Program-made: the position numbers and the translations under genes
NCBI GenBank assembly: GCA_964016885.1
Contig: OZ024742.1
Location: forward strand, 169,570,001-169,634,000
Direction of reading: 5' to 3'
DNA: 64,000 bases
DNA from: Eledone cirrhosa
Taxonomy: Eukaryota
Shown: in pieces, positions 40,801 through 53,100 of the stretch
How the letters are laid out: each line of letters starts with the position of its first letter
How positions within the stretch are numbered: position 1 is the stretch's first letter
The notes under the pieces: model-generated
Seen by the model: only the letters and a program-made list of their open reading frames with translations
What the model was told of the DNA's origin: nothing
Databases searched by the model: none

Positions 40801-43800
40801 ACCATCACTAACACTTTACAGGGTGTACAAGGTGTATTTATCATGGCACCATCACTAACACTCTACAGGGTGTACAAGGTGTATTTATCATGGCACCATC
40901 ACTAACACTTTACAGAGTGTACAAGGTGTATTTATCATGGCACCATCACTAACACTCTACAGGGTGTACAAGGTGTATTTATCATGGCACCATCACTAAC
41001 ACTTTACAGAGTGTACAAGGTGTATTTATCATGGCACCATCACTAACACTCTACAGGGTGTACAAGGTGTATTTATCATGGCACCATCACTAACACTCTA
41101 CAGGGTCTACAAGTTGTATTTATCATGGCACCATCACTTACACTCTACAGGGTGTACAAGGTGTATTTATCATAACACCATTAACACTTTACAGAGTGTA
41201 CAAGGTGTATTTATCATGGCACCATCACTAACACTTTACAGGGTGTACAAGGTGTATTTATCATGGCACCATCACTAACACTCTACAGGGTGTACAAGGT
41301 GTATTTATCATGGCACCATCACTAACACTCTACAGGGTGTACAAGGTGTATTTATCATGGCACCATCACTAACACTTTACAGAGTGTACAAGGTGTATTT
41401 ATCATGGCACCATCACTAACACTCTACAGGGTGTACAAGGTGTATTTATCATGGCACCAGCATTCACACTCTACAGGGTGTACAAGGTGTATTTATCATG
41501 GCACCATCACTAACACTCTACAGGGTGTACAAGGTGTATTTATCATGGCACCATCACTAACACTCTACAGGGTGTACAAGGTGTATTTATCATAACACCA
41601 GCATTAACACTTTACAGAGTGTACAAGGTGTATTTATCATGGCACCATCACTAACACTCTACAGGGTGTACAAGGTGTATTTATCATGGCACCATCACTA
41701 ACACTCTACAGGGTGTACAAGGTGTATTTATCATAACACCAGCATTAACACTTTACAGAGTGTACAAGGTGTATTTATCATGGCACGATCACTAACACTC
41801 TACAGGGTGTAAAAGGTGTATTTATCATGGCACCATCACTAACACTCTACAGGGTGTACAAGGTGTATTTATCATGGCACCATCACTAACACTCTACAGG
41901 GTGTACAAGGTGTATTTATCATGGCACCATCACTAACACTTTACAGAGTGTACAAGGTGTATTTATCATGGCACCATCACTAACACTCTACAGGGTGTAC
42001 AAGGTGTATTTATCATGGCACCAGCATTAACACTCTACATGGTGTACAAGGTGTATTTATCATGGCACCATCACTAACTCTCTACAGGGTGTACAAGGTG
42101 TATTTATCATGGCACCATCACTAACACTCTACAGGGTGTACAAGGTGTATTTATCATAACACCAGAATTAACACTTTACAGAGTGTACAAGGTGTATTTA
42201 TCATGGCACCATCACTAACACTCTACAGGTGTACAAGGTGTATTTATCATGGCACCATCACTAACACTCTACAGAGTGTACAAGGTGTATTTATCATGGC
42301 ACCATCACTAACACTCTACAGGGTGTACACGGTGTATTTATCATAACACCAGCATTAACACTTTACAGAGTGTACAAGGTGTATTTATCATGGCACCATC
42401 ACTAACACTCTACAGGATGTACAAGGTGTATTTATCATAGCACCATCACTAACACTCTACAGGGTGTACAAGGTGTATTTATCATGGCACCATCACTAAC
42501 ACTCTACAGGGTGTTCAAGGTGTATTTATCATGGCACCATCACTAACACTTTACAGAGTGTACAAGGTGTATTTATCATGGCACCATCACTAACACTCTA
42601 CAGGGTGTACAAGGTGTATTTATCATGGCACCAGCATTAACACTCTACAGGGTGTACAAGATGTATTTATCATGGCACCATCACTAACACTCTACAGGGT
42701 GTACAAGGTGTATTTATCATAACACCAGCATTAACACTTTACAGGGTGTACAAGGTGTATTTATTATGGCACCGTCACTAACACTCTACAGGGTGTACAA
42801 GGTGTATTTATCATGGCACCATCACTAACACTCTACAGGGTGTACAAGGTGTATTTATCATGGCACCATCACTAACACTCTACAGGGTGTACAAGGTGTA
42901 TTTATCATGGCACCATCACTAACACTTTACACAGTGTACAAGGTGTATTTATCATGGCACCATCACTAACACTCTACAGGGTGTACAAGGTGTATTTATC
43001 ATAACACCAGCATTAACACTTTACACAGTGTACAAGGTGTATTTATCATGGCACCATCACTAACACTCTACAGGGTGTACAAGGTGTATTTATCATAACA
43101 CCAGCATTAACACTTTACACAGTGTACAAGGTGTATTTATCATGGCACCATCACTAACACTCTACAGGGTGTACAAGGTGTATTTATCATGGCACCATCA
43201 CTAACACTTTACAGGGTGTACAAGGTGTATTTATCATGGCACCATCACTAACACTCTACAGGGGGTACAAGGTGTATTTATCATGGCACCATCACTAACA
43301 CTCTACAGGGTGTACAAGGTGTATTTATCATGGCACCATCACTAACACTTTACAGAGTGTACAAGGTGTATTTATCATGGCACCATCACTAACATTCTAC
43401 AGTGTGTACAAGGTGTATTTATCATGGCACCATCACTAACACTCTACAGGGTGTACAAGGTGTATTTATCATGGCACCATCACTAACACTTTACAGAGTG
43501 TACAAGGTGTATTTATCATGGCACCATCACTAACACTCTACAGGGTGTACAAGGTGTATTTATCATAACACCAGCATTAACACTTTACAGAGTGTACAAG
43601 GTGTATTTATCATGGCACCATCACTAACACTCTACAGGGTGTACAAGGTGTATTTATCATGGCACCATCACTAACACTCTACAGGGTGTACAAGGTGTAT
43701 TTATCATGGCACCATCACTAACACTCTACAGGGTGTACAAGGTGTATTTATCATGGCACCATCACTAACACTTTAAAGAGTGTACAAGGTGTATTTTTCA

Positions 43801-46800
43801 TGGCACCATCACTAACACTCTACAGGGTGTATAAGGTGTATTTATCATGGCACCATCACTAACACTCTACAGGGTGTACAAGGTTTATTTATCATAACAC
43901 CAGCATTAACACTTTACAGAGTGTACAAGGTGTATTTATCATGGCACCATCACTAACACTCTACAGGGTGTATAAGGTGTATTTATCATGGCACCATCAC
44001 TAACACTCTACAGGGTGTACAAGGTGTATTTATCATGGCACCATCACTAACACTCTACAGAGTGTACAAGGTGTATTTATCATGGCACCATCACTAACAC
44101 TCTACAGGGTGTACAAGGTGTATTTATCATAACACCAGCATTAACACTTTACAGAGTGTATTTATCATGGCACCATCACTAACACTCTACAGTGTGTACA
44201 AGGTGTATTTATCATGGCACCATCACTAACACTCTACAGGGTGTACAAGGTGTATTTATCATGGCACCATCACTAACACTTTACTGAGTGTACAAGGTGT
44301 ATTTATCATGGCACCATCACTAACACTCTACAGGGTGTACAAGGTGTATTTATCATGGCACCATCACCAACACTCTACAGGGTGTACAAGGTGTATTTAT
44401 CATAACACCAGCATTAACACTTTACAGAGTGTACAAGGTGTATTTATCATGGCACCATCACTAACACTCTACAGGGTGTACAAGGTGTATTTATCATGGC
44501 ACCATCACTAACACTCTACAGGGTGTACAAGGTGTATTTATCATGGCACCATCACTAACACTTTACAGAGTGTACAAGGTGTATTTATCATGGCACCATC
44601 ACTAACACTCTACAGGGTGTACAAGGTGTATTTATCATGGCACCATCACTAACACTCTACAGGGTGTACAAGGTGTATTTATCATAACACCAGCATTAAC
44701 ACTTTACACAGTGTACAAGGTGTATTTATCATGGCACCATCACTAACACTCTACAGGGTGTAAAAGGTGTATTTATCATGGCACCATCACTAACACTTTA
44801 CAGGGTGTACAAGGTGTATTTATCATGACACCATCACTAACACTCTACAGGGTGTACAAGGTTTATTTATCATAACACCAGCATTAACACTTTACAGAGT
44901 GTACAAGGTGTATTTATCATGGCACCATCACTAACACTCTACAGGGTGTACAAGGTGTATTTATCATGGCACCATCACTAACACTCTACAGGGTGTACAA
45001 GGTGTAATTATCATAACACCAGCATTAACACTCTACAGGGTGTACAAGTTGTATTTATCATGGCACCATCACTAACACTCTACAGGGTGTACAAGGTGTA
45101 TTTATCATGGCACCATCACTAACACTCTACAGGGTGTACAAGGTGTATTTATCATGGCACCACCACTAACACTTTACAGAGTGTACAAGGTGTATTTATC
45201 ATGGCACCATCACTAACACTCTACAGGGTGTACAAGGTGTATTTATAATGGCACCATCACTAACACTTTACAAGGTGTACAAGGTGTATTTATCATGGCA
45301 CCATCACTAACACTCTACAGGGTGTACAAGGTGTATTTATCATGGCACCATCACTAACACTCTCCAGGGTGTACAAGGTGTATTTATCATGGCACCATCA
45401 CTAACACTCTACAGGGTGTACAAGGTGTATTTATCATGGCACCATCACTAACACTCTACAGGGTGTACAAGGTGTATTTATCATGGCACCATCACTAACA
45501 CTCTACAGGGTGCACAAGGTGTATTTATCATGGCACCATCACTAACACTCTACAGGGTGTACAAGGTGTATTTATCATGGCACCATCACTAACACTCTAC
45601 AGGGTGTACAAGGTGTATTTATCATGGCACCATCACTAACACTCTACAGGGTGTACAAGGTGTATTTATCATGGCACCATCACTAACACTTTACACAGTG
45701 TACAAGGTGTATTTATCATGGCACCATCACTAACACTCTACAGGGTGTACAAGGTGTATTTATCATAACACCAGCATTAACACTTTACACAGTGTACAAG
45801 GTGTATTTATCATGGCACCATCACTAACACTCTACAGGGTGTACAAGGTGTATTTATCATAACACCAGCATTAACACTTTACACAGTGTACAAGGTGTAT
45901 TTATCATGGCACCATCACTAACACTCTACAGGGTGTACAAGGTGTATTTATCATGGCACCATCACTAACACTTTACAGGGTGTACAAGGTGTATTTATCA
46001 TGGCACCATCACTAACACTCTACAGGGGGTACAAGGTGTATTTATCATGGCACCATCACTAACACTCTACAGGGTGTACAAGGTGTATTTATCATGGCAC
46101 CATCACTAACACTTTACAGAGTGTACAAGGTGTATTTATCATGGCACCATCACTAACATTCTACAGTGTGTACAAGGTGTATTTATCATGGCACCATCAC
46201 TAACACTCTACAGGGTGTACAAGGTGTATTTATCATGGCACCATCACTAACACTTTACAGAGTGTACAAGGTGTATTTATCATGGCACCATCACTAACAC
46301 TCTACAGGGTGTACAAGGTGTATTTATCATAACACCAGCATTAACACTTTACAGAGTGTACAAGGTGTATTTATCATGGCACCATCACTAACACTCTACA
46401 GGGTGTACAAGGTGTATTTATCATGGCACCATCACTAACACTCTACAGGGTGTACAAGGTGTATTTATCATGGCACCATCACTAACACTCTACAGGGTGT
46501 ACAAGGTGTATTTATCATGACACCAGCACTAACACTCTACAGGGTGTACAAGGTGTATTTATCATGGCACCATCACTAACACTCTACAGGGTGTACAAGG
46601 TGTATTTATCATGGCACCATCACTAACACTACAGGGTGTACAAGGTGTATTTATCATGGCATCATCACTAACACTCTACAGGGTGTACAAGGTGTATTTA
46701 TCATGGCACCATCACTAACACTCTACAGGGTGTACAAGGTGTATTTATCATGACACCAGCATTAACACTTTACATAGTATACTGGCTGTATTTATTGTGG

Positions 46801-46803
46801 CAT
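13812..46803. repeat. 47-bp tandem satellite/minisatellite, about 33 kb, about 700 copies
   Basis: Consensus CATGGCACCATCACTAACACTCTACAGGGTGTACAAGGTGTATTTAT repeated without interruption. Recurrent variants: CATAACACCAGCATTAACACTTTACAGAG, CTTCACAAGGTGTACTGGCTG, 2-bp and 9-bp deletions. Both edges carry degenerate monomers. Confidence 0.98.
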
Positions 46804-46936
46804 GTGTCCCAAGTGCAGTAGATGGTTCATCATATGATTGGCCAAGTTGGAGCTTTAGTGTGTTTGCTGTACAGGATCTAAAATCTGTGTTGTCATTACA
46901 AATCATGTATAAAGAACTGGCACCTAACTCCTCAGA

Positions 46937-47056
46937 CATATTCCCAAGGCGCCTTCACTGAATAATAACAACAACAACAGTAGCATCTATATTCTTAGGG
47001 CGCCTTCACTGATAAACAACAACAACAACAGCAATAACAAAAGTAGCATGTATATT
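46937..47056. repeat. Short tandem duplication (period about 51 bp) with (AAC)n tracts
   Basis: GGCGCCTTCACTGA at 46948 and 46999, each preceded by ATATTC and followed by (AAC)n..AGTAGCAT. Confidence 0.85.
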
Positions 47057-47072
47057 TCAATAAACAAAGAAG

Positions 47073-47113
47073 TACTTCTTCCTTGTTTATTTTTTGAACC
47101 TGAACCTATCCAG
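47073..47113 (+). promoter_or_regulatory. Candidate 3' splice acceptor
   Basis: Pyrimidine-rich tract TACTTCTTCCTTGTTTATTTTTTGAACCTGAACCTATC with no internal AG, ending in CAG at 47111-47113, directly before the open frame. Confidence 0.45.
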
Positions 47114-50100
47114 ATGTTTTAGTTGTTGCATTCCATATTACTGCTCCTGTTGTTGTTATTTCTACTCCTGTTGTTGTTACTACTACTCCTGTTGTTGTTA
47201 CTACTACTCCAGTTGTTGTTGTTGTTACTACTACTCCTGTTGTTGTTACTACTGTTCCTGTTGTTGTTACTACTACTCCAGTTGTTGTTACTACTACTCC
47301 TGTTGTTGTTGTTGAAATTACTACTCCTCTTGTTGTTACTACTACTCCTGTTGTTGTTGTTGATACTACTATTCCTCTTGTTGTTACTACTACTCATGTT
47401 GTTGTTACTACTACTCCTGTTGTTGTTGTTGATACTACTACTCCGCTTGTTGTTACTACTACTCCAGTTGTTGTTGTTGTTGTTACTACTGCTCCTGTTG
47501 TTGTTACTACTGCTCCTGTTGTTGTTACTACTACTCCTGTTGTTGTTACTACTGCTCCTGTTGTTGTTGTTGTTGTTACTACTACTCCTGTTGTTGTTGC
47601 TACTGCTCCTGTTGTTGTTACTACTACTCCTGTTGTTGTTACTACTGCTCGAGTTGTTACGACTACTCCAGTTGTGGTTACTACTACTCCTGTTGTTGTT
47701 GTTGTTGTTACTACTGCTCCTGTTGTTGTTACTGCTGCTCCATTTGTTGTTACTACTGCTCCAGTTGTTGTTACTACTACTCCTGTTGTTGTTATTACTA
47801 CTCCTGTTGTTGTTGTTGTTGTTGTTGTTGTTACTACTGCTCCTGTTGTTGTTACTACTCCTGTTGTTGTTACTACTACTCCTGTTGTTGTTGTTGTTGT
47901 TACTACTGCTCCAGTTGTTGTTACTACTATTCCAGTTGTTGTTACTACTGCTCCTGTTGTTGTTACTACTACTCCAGTTGTTGTTGTTGTTACTACTACT
48001 CCTGTTGTTGTTACTACTGCTCCAGTTGTTGTTACTACTACTCCTGTTGTTACTACTACTCCTGTTGTTACTACTGCTCCAGTTGTTGTTTCTACTACTC
48101 CTGTTGTTGTTACTACTACTCCTGTTGTTTTTACTACTGCTCCTGTTGTTGTTGTTGTTACTACTGCTCCAGTTGTTGTTACTACTACTCCAGTTGTTGT
48201 TACTACTACTCCTGTTGTTGTTACTACTACTCTAGTTGTTGTTACTACTGCTCCTGTTGTTGTTACTACTACTCCTTTTGTTGTTACTACTGCTCCTGTT
48301 GTTGTTACTACTACTCCTGTTGTTGTTGTTACTACTACTCCTGTTGTTGTTACTACTGCTCCTGTTGTTGTTACTACTACTCCTGTTGTTGTTACTACTG
48401 CTCCTGTTGTTGTTACTACTGCTCCTGTTGTTGTTACTACTACTCCCGTTGTTGTTACTACTACTCCTGTTGTTGTTACTACTGCTCCTGTTGTTGTTAC
48501 TACTACTCCTGTTGTTGTTACTACTACTCCTGTTGTTGTTACTACTGCTCCTGTTGTTGTTACTACTGCTCCTGTTGTTGTTACTACTACTCCCGTTGTT
48601 GTTACTACTACTCCTGTTGTTGTTACTACTGCTCCTGTTGTTGTTACTACTACTCCTGTTGTTGTTACTACTACTCCTGTTGTTGTTACTACTACTCCCG
48701 TTGTTGTTACTACTACTCCTGTTGTTGTTACTACTGCTCCTGTTGTTGTTACTACTGCTCCTGTTGTTGTTACTACTGCTCCTGTTGTTGTTACTACTAC
48801 TCCTGTTGTTGTTACTACTACTCCTGTTGTTGTTACTACTACTCCTGTTGTTGTTGTTGTTACTACTGCTCCAGTTGTTGTTACTACTACTCCAGTTGTT
48901 GTTGTTGTTGTTACTACTAATCCTGTTGTTGTTACTACTACTCCTTTTGTTGTTACTACTGCTCCTGTTGTTGTTACTACTACTCCTGTTGTTGTTGTTA
49001 CTACTGCTCCTGTTGTTGTTACTACTGCTCCTGTTGTTGTTGTTGTTACTACTGCTCCAGTTGTTGTTACTACTGCTCCTGTTGTTGTTACTACTACTCC
49101 TGTGGTTGTTGTTACTACTACTCCCGTTGTTGTTACTACTGCTCCTGTTGTTGTTTCTACTGCTCTTGTTGTTGTTACTACTACTCCTGTTGTTGTTACT
49201 ACTACTCCTGTTGTTGTTGTTACTACTACTCCTGTTGTTGTTACTACTACTCCTGTTGTTGTTACTACTGCTCCTGTTGTTGTTACTACTACTCCTGTTG
49301 TTGTTACTACTACTCCTGTTGTTGTTACTACTACTCCTGTTGTTGTTACTACTACTCCTGTTGTTGTTACTACTACTCCTGTTGTTGTTACTACTACTCC
49401 TGTTGTTGTTGTTACTACTACTCCTGTTGTTGTTACTACTGCTCCTGTTGTTGTTGTTGTTGTTGTTACTACTGCTCCAGTTGTTGTTACTACTGCTCCT
49501 GTTATTGTTACTACTGCTCCAGTTGTTGTTACTACTACTCCAGTTGTTGTTACTACTGCTCCTGTTGTTGTTACTACTACTCCAGTTGTTGTTACTACTA
49601 CTACTGTTGTTGTTACTACTACTCCAGTTGTTGTTACTACTACTCCTGTTGTTGTTACTCCTACTCCAGTTGTTGTTACTACTACTCCAGTTGTTGTTAC
49701 TACTGCTCCTGTTGTTGTTACTACTACTCCCGTTGTTGTTACTACTGCTTCTGTTGTTGTTACTACTGCTCCTGTTGTTGTTACTACTACTCCAGTTGTT
49801 GTTACTACTGCTCCAGTTGTTGTTACTACTACTCCAGTTGTTGTTACTACTACTCCAGTTGTTGTTACTACTACTCCAGTTGTTGTTACTACTGCTCCTG
49901 TTGTTGTTACTACTACTCCAGTTGTTGTTACTACTGCTCCAGTTGTTGTTACTACTGCTCCTGTTATTGTTACTACTACTCCTGTTGTTGTTACTACTGC
50001 TCGAGTTGTTACGACTACTCCAGTTGTGGTTACTACTACTCCTGTTGTTGTTGTTGTTGTTACTACTGCTCCTGTTGTTGTTACTGCTGCTCCATTTGTT

Positions 50101-53100
50101 GTTACTACTGCTCCAGTTGTTGTTACTACTACTCCTGTTGTTGTTATTACTACTCCTGTTGTTGTTGTTGTTGTTGTTGTTGTTACTACTGCTCCTGTTG
50201 TTGTTACTACTCCTGTTGTTGTTACTACTACTCCTGTTGTTGTTGTTGTTGTTACTACTGCTCCAGTTGTTGTTACTACTATTCCAGTTGTTGTTACTAC
50301 TGCTCCTGTTGTTGTTACTACTACTCCAGTTGTTGTTGTTGTTACTACTACTCCTGTTGTTGTTACTACTGCTCCAGTTGTTGTTACTACTACTCCTGTT
50401 GTTACTACTACTCCTGTTGTTACTACTGCTCCAGTTGTTGTTTCTACTACTCCTGTTGTTGTTACTACTACTCCTGTTGTTTTTACTACTGCTCCTGTTG
50501 TTGTTGTTGTTACTACTGCTCCAGTTGTTGTTACTACTACTCCAGTTGTTGTTACTACTACTCCTGTTGTTGTTACTACTACTCTAGTTGTTGTTACTAC
50601 TGCTCCTGTTGTTGTTACTACTACTCCTTTTGTTGTTACTACTGCTCCTGTTGTTGTTACTACTACTCCTGTTGTTGTTGTTACTACTACTCCTGTTGTT
50701 GTTACTACTGCTCCTGTTGTTGTTACTACTACTCCTGTTGTTGTTACTACTGCTCCTGTTGTTGTTACTACTGCTCCTGTTGTTGTTACTACTACTCCCG
50801 TTGTTGTTACTACTACTCCTGTTGTTGTTACTACTGCTCCTGTTGTTGTTACTACTACTCCTGTTGTTGTTACTACTACTCCTGTTGTTGTTACTACTGC
50901 TCCTGTTGTTGTTACTACTGCTCCTGTTGTTGTTACTACTACTCCCGTTGTTGTTACTACTACTCCTGTTGTTGTTACTACTGCTCCTGTTGTTGTTACT
51001 ACTACTCCTGTTGTTGTTACTACTACTCCTGTTGTTGTTACTACTACTCCCGTTGTTGTTACTACTACTCCTGTTGTTGTTACTACTGCTCCTGTTGTTG
51101 TTACTACTGCTCCTGTTGTTGTTACTACTGCTCCTGTTGTTGTTACTACTACTCCTGTTGTTGTTACTACTACTCCTGTTGTTGTTACTACTACTCCTGT
51201 TGTTGTTGTTGTTACTACTGCTCCAGTTGTTGTTACTACTACTCCAGTTGTTGTTGTTGTTGTTACTACTAATCCTGTTGTTGTTACTACTACTCCTTTT
51301 GTTGTTACTACTGCTCCTGTTGTTGTTACTACTACTCCTGTTGTTGTTGTTACTACTGCTCCTGTTGTTGTTACTACTGCTCCTGTTGTTGTTGTTGTTA
51401 CTACTGCTCCAGTTGTTGTTACTACTGCTCCTGTTGTTGTTACTACTACTCCTGTGGTTGTTGTTACTACTACTCCCGTTGTTGTTACTACTGCTCCTGT
51501 TGTTGTTTCTACTGCTCTTGTTGTTGTTACTACTACTCCTGTTGTTGTTACTACTACTCCTGTTGTTGTTGTTACTACTACTCCTGTTGTTGTTACTACT
51601 ACTCCTGTTGTTGTTACTACTGCTCCTGTTGTTGTTACTACTACTCCTGTTGTTGTTACTACTACTCCTGTTGTTGTTACTACTACTCCTGTTGTTGTTA
51701 CTACTACTCCTGTTGTTGTTACTACTACTCCTGTTGTTGTTACTACTACTCCTGTTGTTGTTGTTACTACTACTCCTGTTGTTGTTACTACTGCTCCTGT
51801 TGTTGTTGTTGTTGTTGTTACTACTGCTCCAGTTGTTGTTACTACTGCTCCTGTTATTGTTACTACTGCTCCAGTTGTTGTTACTACTACTCCAGTTGTT
51901 GTTACTACTGCTCCTGTTGTTGTTACTACTACTCCAGTTGTTGTTACTACTACTACTGTTGTTGTTACTACTACTCCAGTTGTTGTTACTACTACTCCTG
52001 TTGTTGTTACTCCTACTCCAGTTGTTGTTACTACTACTCCAGTTGTTGTTACTACTGCTCCTGTTGTTGTTACTACTACTCCCGTTGTTGTTACTACTGC
52101 TTCTGTTGTTGTTACTACTGCTCCTGTTGTTGTTACTACTACTCCAGTTGTTGTTACTACTGCTCCAGTTGTTGTTACTACTACTCCAGTTGTTGTTACT
52201 ACTACTCCAGTTGTTGTTACTACTACTCCAGTTGTTGTTACTACTGCTCCTGTTGTTGTTACTACTACTCCAGTTGTTGTTACTACTGCTCCAGTTGTTG
52301 TTACTACTGCTCCTGTTATTGTTACTACTACTCCTGTTGTTGTTACTACTACTCCAGTTGTTGTTACTACTACTCCAGTTGTTGTTACTACTACTCCAGT
52401 TGTTGTTACTACTGCTCCTGTTGTTGTTACTACTACTCCAGTTGTTGTTACTACTGCTCCAGTTGTTGTTACTACTACTCCAGTTGTTGTTACTACTGCT
52501 CCTGTTGTTGTTACTACTACTCTAGTTGTTGTTACTACTACTCCTGTTGTTGTTACTACTACTCCAGTTGTTGTTACTACTGCTCCTGTTGTTGTTACTA
52601 CTGCTCCTGTTGTTGTTACTACTACTCCTGTTGTTGTTACTACTACTCCTGTTGTTGTTACTACTACTCCTGTTGTTGTTACTACTACTCCAGTTGTTGT
52701 TACTACTACTCCAGTTGTTGTTACTACTGCTCCTGTTGTTGTTACTACTACTCCAGTTGTTGTTACTACTGCTCCTGTTGTTACTACTACTACAGTTGTT
52801 GTTACTACTGCTCCTGTTGTTGTTACTACTACTCCAGTTGTTGTTACTACTGCTCCTGTTATTGTTACTACTGCTCCAGTTGTTGTTACTACTACTCCAG
52901 TTGTTGTTACTACTGCTCCTGTTGTTGTTACTACTACTCCAGTTGTTGTTACTACTACTCCTGTTGTTGTTACTACTACTCCAGTTGTTGTTACTACTAC
53001 TCCTGTTGTTGTTACTACTACTCCAGTTGTTGTTACTACTACTCCTGTTGTTGTTACTACTGCTCCTGTTGTTGTTACTACTACTCCAGTTGTTGTTACT

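Noticed and set aside
16418-44511. Repeated small ORFs MAPSLTLYRVYKVYLSWH...
   Set aside because: Read-through of the 47-bp unit, which is not a multiple of 3; they appear only where a variant removes the recurring TAA
13812-46803. CRISPR-like array
   Set aside because: Monomers are contiguous with no unique spacers, there are no cas genes, and the context is eukaryotic
47094-47397. Cys/Tyr-rich (+) and Asn/Ser-rich (-) short ORFs
   Set aside because: Other frames of the same repeat, stopped early
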